Below are positions 21,818-34,296 of a stretch of 50,377 bases of DNA, in pieces (position 1 is the stretch's first letter; every line of letters starts with the position of its first letter). The stretch lies in NCBI GenBank assembly GCA_010015585.1, contig ML975149.1. One strand, given 5' to 3'. The notes beneath the pieces were generated by a model, which was given only the letters and a program-made list of their open reading frames with translations, was not told the DNA's origin and ran no database searches. A program made the translations under genes and the position numbers. The stretch is from Eremomyces bilateralis CBS 781.70. Its lineage: Eukaryota.

Positions 21818-24784
21818 TCACATCGCTTTCCCCGCCCCATTCAAATCAATCCAACTCATATCCTCGTTCTTCCCGTTCTTCCCGTTCTTCCCGCCCTTCC
21901 CCTCTCCCCCTCCCGACGACCACTGGCCCTGCGCCGTGCTCATCCCACTCGGCACACCCCGCGGGAACACCGTCAGCTGGCTCGCATTACTCGTCCGATT
22001 CTCATCCGCCCCCGCGCCCTGGAACCGCCGCATCGGATCGAACCCTGGCGCCCCCGCACCGAAGCTGGCGCCAGCGCCGTACTGGCTCGGGACTCCGGTA
22101 GTCGGCGCGTAGTGGCTGATGATCCCCGTGCTGGAGCCGTAGAAGGAGGAGACGGCGCGCGGGGGATCCTCCAGCGGGTCGGGGTTGAACGACGGCATCT
22201 GGGGGATCGGCCCGGTGTACGGTGCGTTGGTGACGGGCGTCCATGCGGCATCGGGGCGCGCCACGGCGCCGTTGTACATCGCGTCTTCGTCGCGGTCCAT
22301 GGCGCGGTCGCGCGTGCTGGCCGTCGTCCAGCTGCGTGCGTCGTCTTCGTCTTGGTGGCCGCGTGGGAGGATGGTGACGCCGCTGGAGGTTGTGGGTAGG
22401 AGAGCAGGTCGAGGGGGCTGGGCGCCGGAGTTCTTGGTGTTCGGTTTCTGGTCGGAGACCATGGACACTTCGGAGACGTTGCGCTCGAACGACTCGCCGA
22501 GGTTGAGCTCGAGAGGGGGGACGGTCTGGGAGGGGTGAGAGACGCCGCTGTAATGGGCGGAGTTATAGCGGCTTCCGGAGCCGGCGGAGTCGTAGCCGCT
22601 CCCATCATACATGGGGTATGGGTTTGCGTTGTTTCGCACGGCACCATTGTTTGTCGAAGATGGGTTGTTGTGGTTGTTGGGGTTAGATGGTGCACCATAG
22701 GCACCATAGTTGCCGGATGGGAAGAACCGGCTATCCGTGTATTGCGATACTGACGCCTGAGAACTCCGTGCATCATCGCTGAAGTCAGCAGAGGTGCGAC
22801 CATATTGCCCGTTCCCCTGGATCTGTGCTAGGTCCGTCGCGTCATTGTTGGTGAAGTACCGCGACCACCCAGATGACCGTGAACGCATGCCGCCTGCTGG
22901 CGGAGCATTCGCCGATCGTGCAGCCGCAGGTGAGGAAACGTTTGGCATCGGAGGAGGTCCACCAGGTCGGGGGGCCGAGCTTGATGGGGCAGCTTTTTGT
23001 GAAGGAACTGCGGCGGCAGCGGTTACCGCTGTTGCGATAGCCGGGCCAGCGCGCGTGTGTAGGGAGTCGTTGAAGGCGTTGGTGCCTGGAAGCGGGTTCG
23101 GAGGCTTATTTCGACTCACTGAGCCAGCCGGGGGGATCAGAGGGTCGTTTGACCCTTTGCCCTTGACAAGAGTGCCGCCCATCATCGGTGCTGGCTGATT
23201 ACTCCCACTTAATTGGTTCATCTCGAGCGCCTCGTCAAAGCCAAGTGGACTTCGTGATGAGTTCGGGATCAATCTAGCGGTACTGGCATCGCTCGCTTGG
23301 GCTTTGTGTCCGCGACGCTGGCCAATGTTGGCAGCCCTTGGGGCGCGGGTTGCGTTCATCGCTCCTACAGGAAGATCGCCTCCCCGTCCTTCCATGATGG
23401 CGAGGCTCGTGGTCGAATGGTTCAAGCTCGCTGCGTAGGTCTTGCCCACCGTCCCTCCAGCTTCATGCATGAACTCTGCTCCCCTATCGGCAAATGACAA
23501 ACGGCCCTCCTTTTCACTAATATAGGGCGTCTTTTCCTGGGGTTTCTTGGCTTTTCTCCACCGCAGCAACAAAAGAAGGAGAATGAGTAGGGCAGCGATG
23601 CCGAAAATCGCTCCAAGCGTTGCTCCAAGAACAGTCAGTCTCTTGCTCTTCATGCTCGAGCCGGCCGCTGCCTCGGCGGCACTGGTTGTTGAAGATGGTG
23701 AGGGGACTGATTGAGTGGCGGTAGCAGAGGATAATAGCGAGACACTAGATGAAGTGAACTGGCTGGTTAGAATGTCCTGGTCCTTCACGCCCAATACTGC
23801 AGAAGCATTCATCCAGCTGTTCTCCCTTTGACTAAAGATACAAAGAGGGTCTTCTTCCGAGCCTCCGACGACCACTGCCATTCCATCGGGGTCGGTTGCT
23901 AATGAGAAATCGGCTCGGGTGGCATTTGGGGCCAATGTCGGATCGTAAGGCGGCCATTGATCCAACGTTAGGTCTCGTTTCCGTTTTTTCGAAGGGATCG
24001 AATTTGGGGGTGCACCGATGTAGGTGCCTGGCGCTGCGGGAGAGCCATCGGGGTTTCGTAAAACGAGGAGTGTGACAGCATTCGGAGAAACACTCATGTC
24101 GAACATTTCCAGGACCTTGCTTCCATCGTCGCCAGTCATGATGGTACACTGGATCTTGCTGTGGTCTGGAAGTCCAAACGGGAGTGTTGTCCCCAGATCC
24201 GCCCACATTTCATCGGGACCGAAAGTAAATATTTGTCGGTTGTCCACACCACCACCAATCATAACAGCGTGAGAGTCGTTCCAGGGCATGACAAAAGGAT
24301 TGTTAAGTGGGGGAGCCGCAGAGTTGAAAGAGCGGACGCCAAATGGTGGTTGGGTAGAAATCAGAAAGGTTTGGGATGACAGGCCATCAATGCCATCTTG
24401 CGATCCACCGTAGGTAATGATCGATTGTGAGGCATTCAGAAAGGCAGCACCGTGATGCTGGCGGTTTTGTGTCACCGATGCAATAGGAGAGATGATTTCC
24501 CAGGATTTATTCTTGAATGAATACCGCTGAAGGCCTGGGAAGTCCTGAATGGTTGAATTGGGCGATCCACCCACGATGTACAGACCGGATGCTGCTGGAT
24601 CGTCGGATGGTGCGTGAGCACATCGGGCTCCGGTAACGGCTATGCCCATGGATAACTGTGTCCATTCACCTCCCTCTTTCAACGGTAAGGCCTGGAAGGC
24701 ATCGGGAGAGTAGACGTAGAGAATGCCATCGTTGATGACCGAGCAGTGGCCGTTGAGAGGGACCAACGGCTCGGGAGGCGGCAT
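21818..24784 (-). CDS. Single-pass membrane protein: kelch/galactose-oxidase-like beta-propeller, Ser/Thr stalk, TM helix, long disordered tail
   Basis: 988-aa intronless ORF. Repeated hydrophobic-GG blades (LYIVGG, ITYGG, VMIGG, VVVGG); TM LTVLGATLGAIFGIAALLILLLLLL followed by RWRKAKK. Confidence 0.8.
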   Translation of the reverse strand: MPPPEPLVPLNGHCSVINDGILYVYSPDAFQALPLKEGGEWTQLSMGIAVTGARCAHAPSDDPAASGLYIVGGSPNSTIQDFPGLQRYSFKNKSWEIISPIASVTQNRQHHGAAFLNASQSIITYGGSQDGIDGLSSQTFLISTQPPFGVRSFNSAAPPLNNPFVMPWNDSHAVMIGGGVDNRQIFTFGPDEMWADLGTTLPFGLPDHSKIQCTIMTGDDGSKVLEMFDMSVSPNAVTLLVLRNPDGSPAAPGTYIGAPPNSIPSKKRKRDLTLDQWPPYDPTLAPNATRADFSLATDPDGMAVVVGGSEEDPLCIFSQRENSWMNASAVLGVKDQDILTSQFTSSSVSLLSSATATQSVPSPSSTTSAAEAAAGSSMKSKRLTVLGATLGAIFGIAALLILLLLLLRWRKAKKPQEKTPYISEKEGRLSFADRGAEFMHEAGGTVGKTYAASLNHSTTSLAIMEGRGGDLPVGAMNATRAPRAANIGQRRGHKAQASDASTARLIPNSSRSPLGFDEALEMNQLSGSNQPAPMMGGTLVKGKGSNDPLIPPAGSVSRNKPPNPLPGTNAFNDSLHTRAGPAIATAVTAAAAVPSQKAAPSSSAPRPGGPPPMPNVSSPAAARSANAPPAGGMRSRSSGWSRYFTNNDATDLAQIQGNGQYGRTSADFSDDARSSQASVSQYTDSRFFPSGNYGAYGAPSNPNNHNNPSSTNNGAVRNNANPYPMYDGSGYDSAGSGSRYNSAHYSGVSHPSQTVPPLELNLGESFERNVSEVSMVSDQKPNTKNSGAQPPRPALLPTTSSGVTILPRGHQDEDDARSWTTASTRDRAMDRDEDAMYNGAVARPDAAWTPVTNAPYTGPIPQMPSFNPDPLEDPPRAVSSFYGSSTGIISHYAPTTGVPSQYGAGASFGAGAPGFDPMRRFQGAGADENRTSNASQLTVFPRGVPSGMSTAQGQWSSGGGEGKGGKNGKNGKNEDMSWIDLNGAGKAM

Positions 24785-27700
24785 GGTCGAAGGGAAACCT
24801 GAACGCTAGCACAGGGAGACGACTGGCGTGAGATCCCCAGCTCTTCGATTTCGACAGATTGCGGGTCACGAAGAAATCGATCGGTCCATGGTCATTCGAA
24901 GAATATGCTTTACAGGGCGGCGGGGATGCTTGGGTGTTCGTCGATTGATCGTCTAGGAAGGTTGGAGGTGAATAAAAGTCCAGGTGAATACAATCGCTAA
25001 TGATTTGGTTCTCAACACGCAATGTGTGGCCGGTGAGTCCGAATCCGGTCCGGTGAATTCGTACGCAAACAGCGACAGAATATATGAAGTTCCAAAACAA
25101 TCCTCCTCTTCAAATCGATCAAGGAGAATCGGTGTCAAAGGGTGATTCCTGCTGATGGGTATCGCTCAACGTGGGTATTCAAGTCCCTTATGGCGTAACT
25201 CAAACCTGTCTGAGTTCTTAAGGACGATACTAAGATCGGTCTGATCCAGTCGTGAAAGAGAGTGGTTCGCACAGGGACGCTTGTCGTTCGCAGAATCGAC
25301 TGGGTAACGTGGTCAATGGCGGAGCGGCAATGTTCGAGACGGTCGCGGTCGCAGACAATTCGATGTTCCGACGTTCCGTAATAGTTGTGCAAAAGAAGAA
25401 TGCAATTAACTTCGGTCGGAAGGGCACGGCGATGGAAGGGGGAGTCAGGGAGAGGGAGAGGGGTGACAAGGAGACTCTGTCAGAGATTGAAACGGGGTGC
25501 CAGGTTCGTCACTGTCCACACAGTGGGCTGGCTTCGCCGATGCCTGTAGACCTATTCTTAGGGTTCTACGGCAATTGAAGGCCGAATGAGTGCAATATCG
25601 CGAATGACGGGGAAGTAGAAGGGATCGGTCTACCAGCACACGTATCGAAGGGAGAACGAAAGGTGTCAACGGTCAGAAATCGCGCAAAGGGAAAGGAGTG
25701 GAAGCCAGACGAAGACGGCTGTGGCCGATCTGCAGCGTGACCAGCCAACAGGGGATCCGGCGGATCTGCAAGCACTTCGAAGTGTTGTGCTCACAGTCGG
25801 GCTGATCATGCAACAGCACCAGCTCCAGCAAGGCAGGACGTTAGCACTGTGAAGGCGGAAGCTAGGAGAGAAGGGAGACGCGCAAGAGAAGGAAGGGAGG
25901 GAAACCCGAAAGATCGTGAGAGGCTTTGGGCCGCAGCGACGGTCCAAGTCTCACAGTACAGGGAGTACAGTACAGAGCAGACCCCAAGGTCCAAACTAAG
26001 CCAACGCCCTAAGAGAGACTGATAGCGATGTGGCCTGTGGGTTTGGGGGAGAAAGCTAAACGGGCAACGGCCAACAACAAAGGCATGGAGCTAAAGTGAG
26101 CGGACGGATGGCGGAGTGGCAGGATAACTGCATGAGAGTCGGCAGAGGGAACAGATTCAACAGAAGGAAGCCAAAGATCCCTGGGCTTTTAGTGCCAGGA
26201 ACGCGGCACTTGCATGGGGTTGATGCAGCCACCGCATGTCCTAAATACTGTTACGGCGTAATAAGGGGGGGGAAATAAGGGGGTAAATGAAGAGAGGATG
26301 CCAAGATATGATACGGACACTGTACTCTGTTTGACCCGACACTTCCCAGCGGTATGTCGACCACGCTATGGTACCGCCTGGCTGATTGACTTTAAAAGGA
26401 TGAGATCATGAGTCTCTACAAGACGCCGAGCTTCATCGAGAGCCGCCTACAACAGGCGGGCAGAGTGCCACTATCCGTCGGTACTCCACAATACCAACCG
26501 ACAAATTGCGTGGGGAGCTAAGCTACAGACATAAAACAATTGACTATCATGGGACTCATTACTGATTTGGGACATGGATCGATGATGTCAAACCCGAGGT
26601 GGCGAAGTCTCAGTACCTGCCATTCGATATTGATTGCAATCATCAATTAGGTGCGTACCTACCAGCGCAAGATGGGTACGTACCATCTACTTGAAGAGAC
26701 CTAAGCCCATGTACAACACTTAAAGTAAGTTAAGGATGTATACATTTTATTCATAATGCCTAAGTACCATGAACGCTGCTGCGACTCTCATAAAGCCGCG
26801 GCGCGATCGTCTCCCATGTTCCCCCTTTGCGGGGCCCTTGCTTTGTCTGCCACTCTTTCCCCCCTCCTTCATCTACCACCCCAGAATGCCCAGATTCATT
26901 TCTGTATCGAAGTCTTCCAGAACAAAATCACGCCGCAAATGCACAATCCTTCGGGAACGGTGAACCGTTGATATTTGAGAAACTCCTGTCTACGGGATCC
27001 TTAATTCCTTATTGCCCAGTGCATCCTCCGCGCTCCGTGGGACTCCAATTTATCGATCTATACGGAATACCTTGGTGTCCTACCGTCCCTGAATATCGAT
27101 TACATATCGATTACAACCCACAATGTCGTGGTTGCGAATCCGGATTATTTGTACTCCTCCCCTATCACCGAGGCTGGTTTTCGTGTTCCTGTGTGCGGAA
27201 TCGTTCGCAGGCGGCTATGCCAATCGATACCGAATCATCGAAAGGTTTCACCCGACGAAGAAGGTGATATTCTACGTAGTGAGCATGAGGCAACTTGTAC
27301 CTTCGTCCTTCCATGATTCGTTTCGGCGCGACTCAGTTCCCCCCAACAGGCCAACAATCATCCAATGTTGGAAAGAACATCATCACATCAGATTGTCATC
27401 TGCTCTGCCGATCGACATACTGTGCCTGAGGCCTAGGACCTAGGTATATTAGCTCATTGCTTCTGCGTCACTGATGTTAATTCCGACGACGATAGCCTCT
27501 CACGTCTCAGCATCTCGAAAGTGCAACTGTGAATGAGAAGTCGAGAACCTGTGCAACAGTGACAAACAACCTATCGCTCCAACGCCGTGATCAAAAAATA
27601 CGGCCAAAAATAGCCCCCTTTCGCGCCCAACTTCATCCCGTCTCTGCTCGTCAGGGGCGGTCTCCGGGGGTATGAAACACCCTATCCAAGCCCACCAAAC

Positions 27701-30700
27701 TCTGATAGGCTAGCTTAACCTTATTGACCGCCAATGGGGAAGCCGCCTGTCGCCATCTCCATGCAGGAACACGGGTCCGATGCCCGTAGCGTATCCGGAT
27801 CGTGGGAACCTTCGGCCTACGGATTTCCACTTTCTCTCCAGGAGGCAGTACTATGTATAATGTAAGACGCAACTTTCTCCTCATTTGTCTGACAGTTTGC
27901 TGAGAATCACGGGTGCAATATTAATAATTGGAGTGATGCACATATATGCATGTTTAGATTCGGAGCCGTCGTATCTTCCCGAGGAATTGGGGAATGCTTG
28001 CATGAACGACAACGTGGGCAACGGGGAAGAACCATCGCGAGTTCGTGAATCGTGATGAAGATTTCAGGAACACGAGCGTCTCTATCATCCCGCCAATCAC
28101 TCCGCTCGCCCATCAACCCACCCATCCATTGGCCCGTCAGCGTTCAACAGCCTGAACACCAAGCGCTGACATCGTGACTTTCGTGAGTCGTGATCAGAGT
28201 CAGCGCGTTTGGTGCTCCTCCCTGAGCTACTCGACATCAAGGGCGAATGGGAGATGCCTGTTCGGTTTCGATGCGGGCTCATCCGTGGTGATGGCGCCGT
28301 GAAGTACGGAATACGTAGTAGCCACGATAAAACCCATCCAATGCCTAATCATCCGCCGATCCAGTGCCAACAGGTAGCCAGATCCGTGGCGTCCACAGCG
28401 GGAAGGTACTCTCGATATCGTTCATGCGTTTCTAGCTGGCTGGTCACTCATGGTCAGCCTGGCTTTTGGCACTATGTATCGGCAACCAATCTGGTTAAGC
28501 AACGCGATAGTGAAATGTGATAACGGATGCGATTGAGCATCATGTTTTGTAATCCTTATCTTGCGGTTGACACTCACTTGACAGGCTCACTATCGGCTCT
28601 TCCGAGTAGATCTATAAGCAATAACTACTTGTATGCGGATATTCGGGACTCCAGAGATCCTAGGTGTCCCCAGCTACAGACAGCAGCAGCCAGAACCCTA
28701 TGTGAATAATGCGCTCCGTTCACAATTGAGCTTACCTCCCAACTTCTAACACTTAACAGGCTTTAGTATAACCGTACGTTTACTGTACAAGGGAGCCTGC
28801 CATTCCGCCCTGTCTCAAACAATATCAATGTTTGATCCACGGAAATCCTCCAAGGCTCCAACATCACCGTTCGATTGGCGCAATCCTTCCGTAAATTGCG
28901 CCCGCAGCCGTGTGGGGCCGTACGCGGAAGCCATAATGCGGCTGAAACGACAAGCGACAACGATTGCGAGATGAGCGCGGGACTTGATGAGTGACGACAT
29001 TAGGGGATGACTTGGGGTCTTGGGAATCGGCGGATAATATGAGAAAGATATATCTGCCGAATGTACTCCGTAATACGGAATACCTATGCGGAGGTCATCC
29101 CCAGAATCGGCGCCAAGAGTAAGAAGATAAAGTGATATATCACTTACACAAGCGATGTTGATGCACAGATTGAGATGAACAACAGGGCTATGCAAAGGAG
29201 CTATACGGAGTTATTTGCAGATCTAAGAGGGCAAACACTCCAAATCCTGCTATGTACATGCCGAGAATTAGTCCATACAACCGATCGAAAACTGGATGCT
29301 TCAAATCAATCCCATAGAGGTACTCGGAGTTGTGCCACTGGATAAATCCCACGACAGGAAAGCTGCTGTTGTTCAAGAACCGAGGAATATGGAATAGGGA
29401 GCATTCCGATCGGGATACGGGGTTCCTAGTAGTCGCTAGGAATTATGGAACTTCAATGCGATCATTGTGATGATCGTCGTCAGTGTCCCCTTTTATGATT
29501 TATCATCATCAAGCGCGAGAGTTTCGTGTTTTGAGTTTCCCAGCCACCCGCGTGAAGAAGCCGAGTTGTGGGCTGCGGCTGGGTGTGAAGATCCGGACTC
29601 CACCTCCCGAACGTATCGCATCATCCTTATGATGCTTGACAGATAATTTCAACTTCGATGTTCGAAGAACCTAGGAAGTAAAAGTCCGTACAGTCTACAC
29701 AGTAATACGGAGTACACGTGCGGTTTCATCAGTCGCACTCGCTTAGAGCATCTGATCTGCGTCTCACTCTTCCTCAGCTCGTCAACCGGTCGTCAGCAAT
29801 GGCTGCAAGTGTGAGCGCTTCTCATGCATAGTTATGTCCTACAAACCTCGCGTGAAAGTCAATTGTGCATGGTGTAGGCCCTTGTGTGCTTAAAAGGGCC
29901 CCGAATGGAGATAAGATCTTCAGGTACTTTATGTCTGTGTTCACTCAATTCATATTCGCATCATCAAAGCCAGAAAGGGGGGTGATCGATGTTGTACTCA
30001 TAACTCAACCGAGGAGGTACTCCACGGACTGTTGCCTCAGCATGCAACACAGCGTACGGTTAACGAAAGGTCGTGCTAAATTTCGGACTTCTACTTATGA
30101 GGTTGATTGTCTGTTTTCATGTTAGACGAAAAGGAGGTTCTGTGCATTTACTAAACGTAAGGTCTTTTTGACAAAATGCCCCTTTAACTTGCATTCGCTC
30201 CAGGCTTAATAGCTGGTATTTCCAGCTCCCAAAATATTCCGGTTCATGCAGGTATTTTTAGGCATTTACAGCTTGACGCTGTATATGACATTGGATACAG
30301 AGCATTGAAGACCTGGTAAAGATGACCGCAATGGGCTGTGTCATATTATGAGCTTGGAGACGATGCTTTATCATCTATATCTACAGCTCTACTATTCTTA
30401 ATCCTCTTTGTTCGCCTTTCTAAGATCAAAATCTCTCGACCATACCGCCATCTTCATGATTTTTCATCACATGTTCCAGATGTCCTAGGTCCAACGTGCC
30501 GATATATTGTTGACTTAGGATAGGGAAGGGAGACACTGAAGAATTGGAATCGAGTTTTAGAGTGCCTCTTCAGGTTCTTGTACATCATTCTATTAGTTCA
30601 AGTCCCTCCGATGGTCATCCGATCTATTTGGTTGAGTCAATCTTGTTTAAGCATGTCTATGCAAAATTATGTCGATTCAACTTAGATTCCCCCAGAAGCA

Positions 30701-31340
30701 CTCCCTCATTTGGAACATCAGACTCCTTGCTCTTCCCGACACACCTCAGTGATTCAGTATCAGCTATGGCCTTTAGCCGATTATAGTCACTCCCCTATTC
30801 TAGAATTCTCCGTCTGCCTATATCTCGGCAGTTTGTGTAGCCGTGAGGGAGCCTGAGCATCATCCTGCTAGTAAGTGATAGTAGAATAGTTACATTAGTG
30901 GCTGTCTCGACTGAATCGTTGGGGGAAAGACAGACAAAAAAGACTGGTTTAATGAGCGAGAGTAAGGAAGGATGCTTTATACAAACCAACAACAATAATA
31001 CAAGGAATTCCTACCTAAATCGAGGCTTCTTTGAGGATATTTCCATGATTGGAAGGAGACTCCTCAACATCAAATAATCTTTCATTGTTTCTCGGACAAA
31101 ATCACTCTCCTATTCATCCGCAATGACATTGCATCAAGTTTCAGCGGCACCCCTGATATTGTATTTCCGTCCATCTAGTGTATATATATCAGCGAGATGT
31201 TGACCAAAGCCGATTTTCACTTCAGGCACAACAGCTGCGGGCTACACAGTTTGAACTTCACATCTATACTTCACACAAGTAAAACCAGTATACTACGGCA
31301 TCAGTCCGTTACGATCTAGGACACAAACAAACGGTAGGCA

Positions 31341-32494
31341 TCAGCATCTTGCAGGCAAGATTGACAACCATCTGACTGATGGCTCTTCGACCAACTTCGA
31401 GAATAATCGCTCAGGAACGGGATCGGAAGCTAGGGAGAGACTTCTGTTCGTCCCGAAGTGCCCTCCAAGGTTTTAGCCATGTGGACCGGACATGAATCCC
31501 CCAAAGTCGATCAACAAGCCAACGTATAGGAAATTTTGAAGGCGAGATGCTCCTTGGCAAGTGGAGATACCAGTCGTCTTCATCCACCAGGCTCAGGGTG
31601 CGTGTTAGGGTAGTACACTCATAGTACGCCAGATAAAAGCCGCTGTCCTCCCAAGCGCCTTTCCCTCGTCCTGTCGAAGAGACCTCAATTGCAGAAAATG
31701 TCTTCCAGCTGCTGTTGGGTCGATAACTTTCCCTCGTGTGACAGGCCAGACCATGCTTGGGCCAATGTTGTGTCTGGAATGTAGGACATGAAAATAACGC
31801 GAAAAGGACCGAACGGGATCAAGCCGTGGGATCTCGGAGCAGGAATATCGGGCGCCCGCTCAGCAAGGAATTCCATGCTCGTGTATTCCGTGTAATTCCT
31901 ATTTCCTAAGATGACTTTGGCAACAATGTCGTCGTTGCACTTAACCACAACACCTCTAACAGGATTCTCCCACAGCTTTGGCGATTTCGAAAGAAATTGC
32001 TTCAAAGGCACAATCAGTGCTTGCTTCCCCGTTTTCACTCGGCCCATCTTCCAAAGGATCTCCTGAAAATTGCGCCAGCAGAGTGGCCACCTCCTTAGAC
32101 AAAGGAAAGACGACCGTGGCAGTCTCGGCAAGATCAAGACGTGTGCGGAACTCAGGGCCTTGCGACTCGGGTGTACCTTTCTCGGCCAGCGGCAAAACCT
32201 TCGGTCCAGTCGCCATTGTAATCCTGCGATTATAATTTTTCGGAAATTTGGACAGCATATTGACTTCTGGTTCATCCCTTAGTGTATCACGGAGCTCATG
32301 CAAGGTTCGGAGACTGATTTTCGCAGGATAAGAGAGCTGACGATATTGGGATTTCTGATGTTCAAGACGATATGAGTTGGAGAACATTGACATCAGGTCA
32401 GCCTCTGGATTTATTTCCAGTTCTGCCTGAAATGCAAGCATAAGATCTCTGTTCCATTGTGCTACGTCAGTGTTGGAGATGGAGCATCGCCCAT
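31341..32494 (-). pseudogene. Kinase-like / aminoglycoside-phosphotransferase (APH)-family pseudogene
   Basis: Recognisable segments (IVAKV..GNRNYTEYTSMEFLAERAPDIPAPRSHG, VIFMSYIPDTTLAQAW, WEDSGFY.AYYE, DEDDWYLHLP..ISP..FPIRWLVDRLW) are split by at least three frameshifts, and the catalytic HGD segment is absent. Confidence 0.8.
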
Positions 32495-33687
32495 AATCGT
32501 TGATTCAGACAAGCCAGTACACCAGAAGTTGTTCTTTAGAACGACATCGAGCGTCTACTACGTAGTAATTCCGATCTGGCACGCTAATCCCAACACGATA
32601 ATTAGTCACAGGTCCTCATTTTACAATGGAAATATACCCCCAGAAGAACAATGGACAAAGGGGCTTGAAAGAAGAAACTTGATGAAACAATCAAACAAAA
32701 CGTCCGAGTCCATAGAGTTCACCAGATGTTACGGAGACATTACGACTTGCTTGACCCCTTTACAGTCGTTGGAAGGTATTGTGGGCAGCTCGATTGAGGG
32801 GTCTTAAATATGTCATGATGATGCCGATGCCTTGCGCGATCAATGATAGGTATCTCATGGACCTGAAGAGGTGGAAATTTGCGACCAGAATCCGAGCGGA
32901 GGACCCATTAGTTAGCCATTCTATTCATTTTTCTTCTCTATTCGGTTAGTGGCATCAAGACATGTGAAACATCAACTGTTCATGTAGTTTGCTTCTCTTC
33001 ACCTCAGCTCTCCTTACCCCATCTATACTCCCAGGCGTAACCCAACCGCGTTCGATCTGACTTTTCCAGAGCATTTGGGAGCCTAATGTGTAGATCTGTC
33101 GATGTCTCATGTCGTGCTCGCCATACGGCAGTCTGCGGAACTTGGTCTCCTGGACATCCGATACCACAGCTGACGATGCTCTCATACATACGAACAGTGA
33201 ACATCATGATATCATCATTAAGATAGCTAGATGCGTCCAATGTTACAGTAGACTAACATCACCACAGGGTTTGATGAAATTCGTTTAATCACCTGTTTGT
33301 GGCTCTCCCAATCACCGCGTTCGGAATATTTCAAAACATGTCGCTAACGTGGTCATCGAAAATCGTGAACCAGGCGACCGGTATATTCTAGGTAGAGATT
33401 AGCAGGCGATTGTACCATGATCCTTCACATATGAGTCCTATGCGGATGTGTACGGTGATAATGTCGGTAATAATGTCGTCAATGACTTTGCCAATACCAT
33501 ATATATCGACCACGGATGCCCAGGGAACACTTGCGTGTGACGACTTCACGAACAACATCGCTGCAAATTTAGCCCCTATACAAGGTACCACCCAACCCTC
33601 CCGAGACGTCTACCGACACCGACTAATCGGAGGTAGAATACCAGCGATCGTGAGCATCTCTCAATCTCAAGTATCCCAACCAACAAA

Positions 33688-34098
33688 ATGCGCGTCACCT
33701 GGCTTGCACCCCTCGCCCTGGTCTTCGCCAGTGGCGCCGTCGCCCAGGTGAACACGGACGACGTCGTCGCGTCGTTGACCTCGCTCATCCAGCCCGATCA
33801 AACGACCGCTGCCCCGGCCGCTGCCTCGAGCGCCGTTGCTCCGGCCGCCGAGTCCTCGGCTGCTCCGGCCGCCGAGTCCTCGGCTGCTCCGGCCGACGAA
33901 ACCTCAGCGCCGCCTTCCTCAGAGCCGCCCTCATCATCGTCGACCTCGTCGACCTCGTCGTCGAGCTCTTCGAGTAGCTCCTCAAGCTCCAGCAGCATGG
34001 AAAGTACTGGGGGCGCGGCTGTCCCGGCGGTGACCCAAGGCGCGCAGTTTGCGGGGGTGATGGGCGCAGCTGGAATGGTTGCGATGGGGCTCATCTGA
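33688..34098 (+). CDS. Small secreted Ser/Ala-rich, probably GPI-anchored cell-wall protein (136 aa)
   Basis: Signal peptide MRVTWLAPLALVFASGAVA, low-complexity S/A/P body, hydrophobic C-terminus after a TGGAA omega-like site. Confidence 0.8.
   Translation: MRVTWLAPLALVFASGAVAQVNTDDVVASLTSLIQPDQTTAAPAAASSAVAPAAESSAAPAAESSAAPADETSAPPSSEPPSSSSTSSTSSSSSSSSSSSSSSMESTGGAAVPAVTQGAQFAGVMGAAGMVAMGLI
33838..33896 (+). repeat. 24-bp coding tandem repeat (APAAESSA x ~2.5)
   Basis: GCTCCGGCCGCCGAGTCCTCGGCT twice, then a partial third copy. Confidence 0.85.
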
Positions 34099-34296
34099 GC
34101 GTCTGCCATCGCTTGAAGAGGGGGATATGATGGATATTCCAGTCCTCTAGAGGTCAGAGATAGGTGCGTGGATATGTATGTTACGGAATGAGGGATGAGA
34201 TTAGAGCTAGATATGGTGATTCCTTGTGTCAATACGACTTAAGTCAGCCATAATCAGTGGAAGGGAGGCTGCTGCTTCTTGATTTAGATAAACGGT

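Noticed and set aside
21503..22803. Long overlapping ORFs (298 aa +, 276 aa -); likewise 44577-45461 and 49566-50222
   Set aside because: Alternative-frame or antisense shadows of real GC-rich genes with no recognisable motifs.
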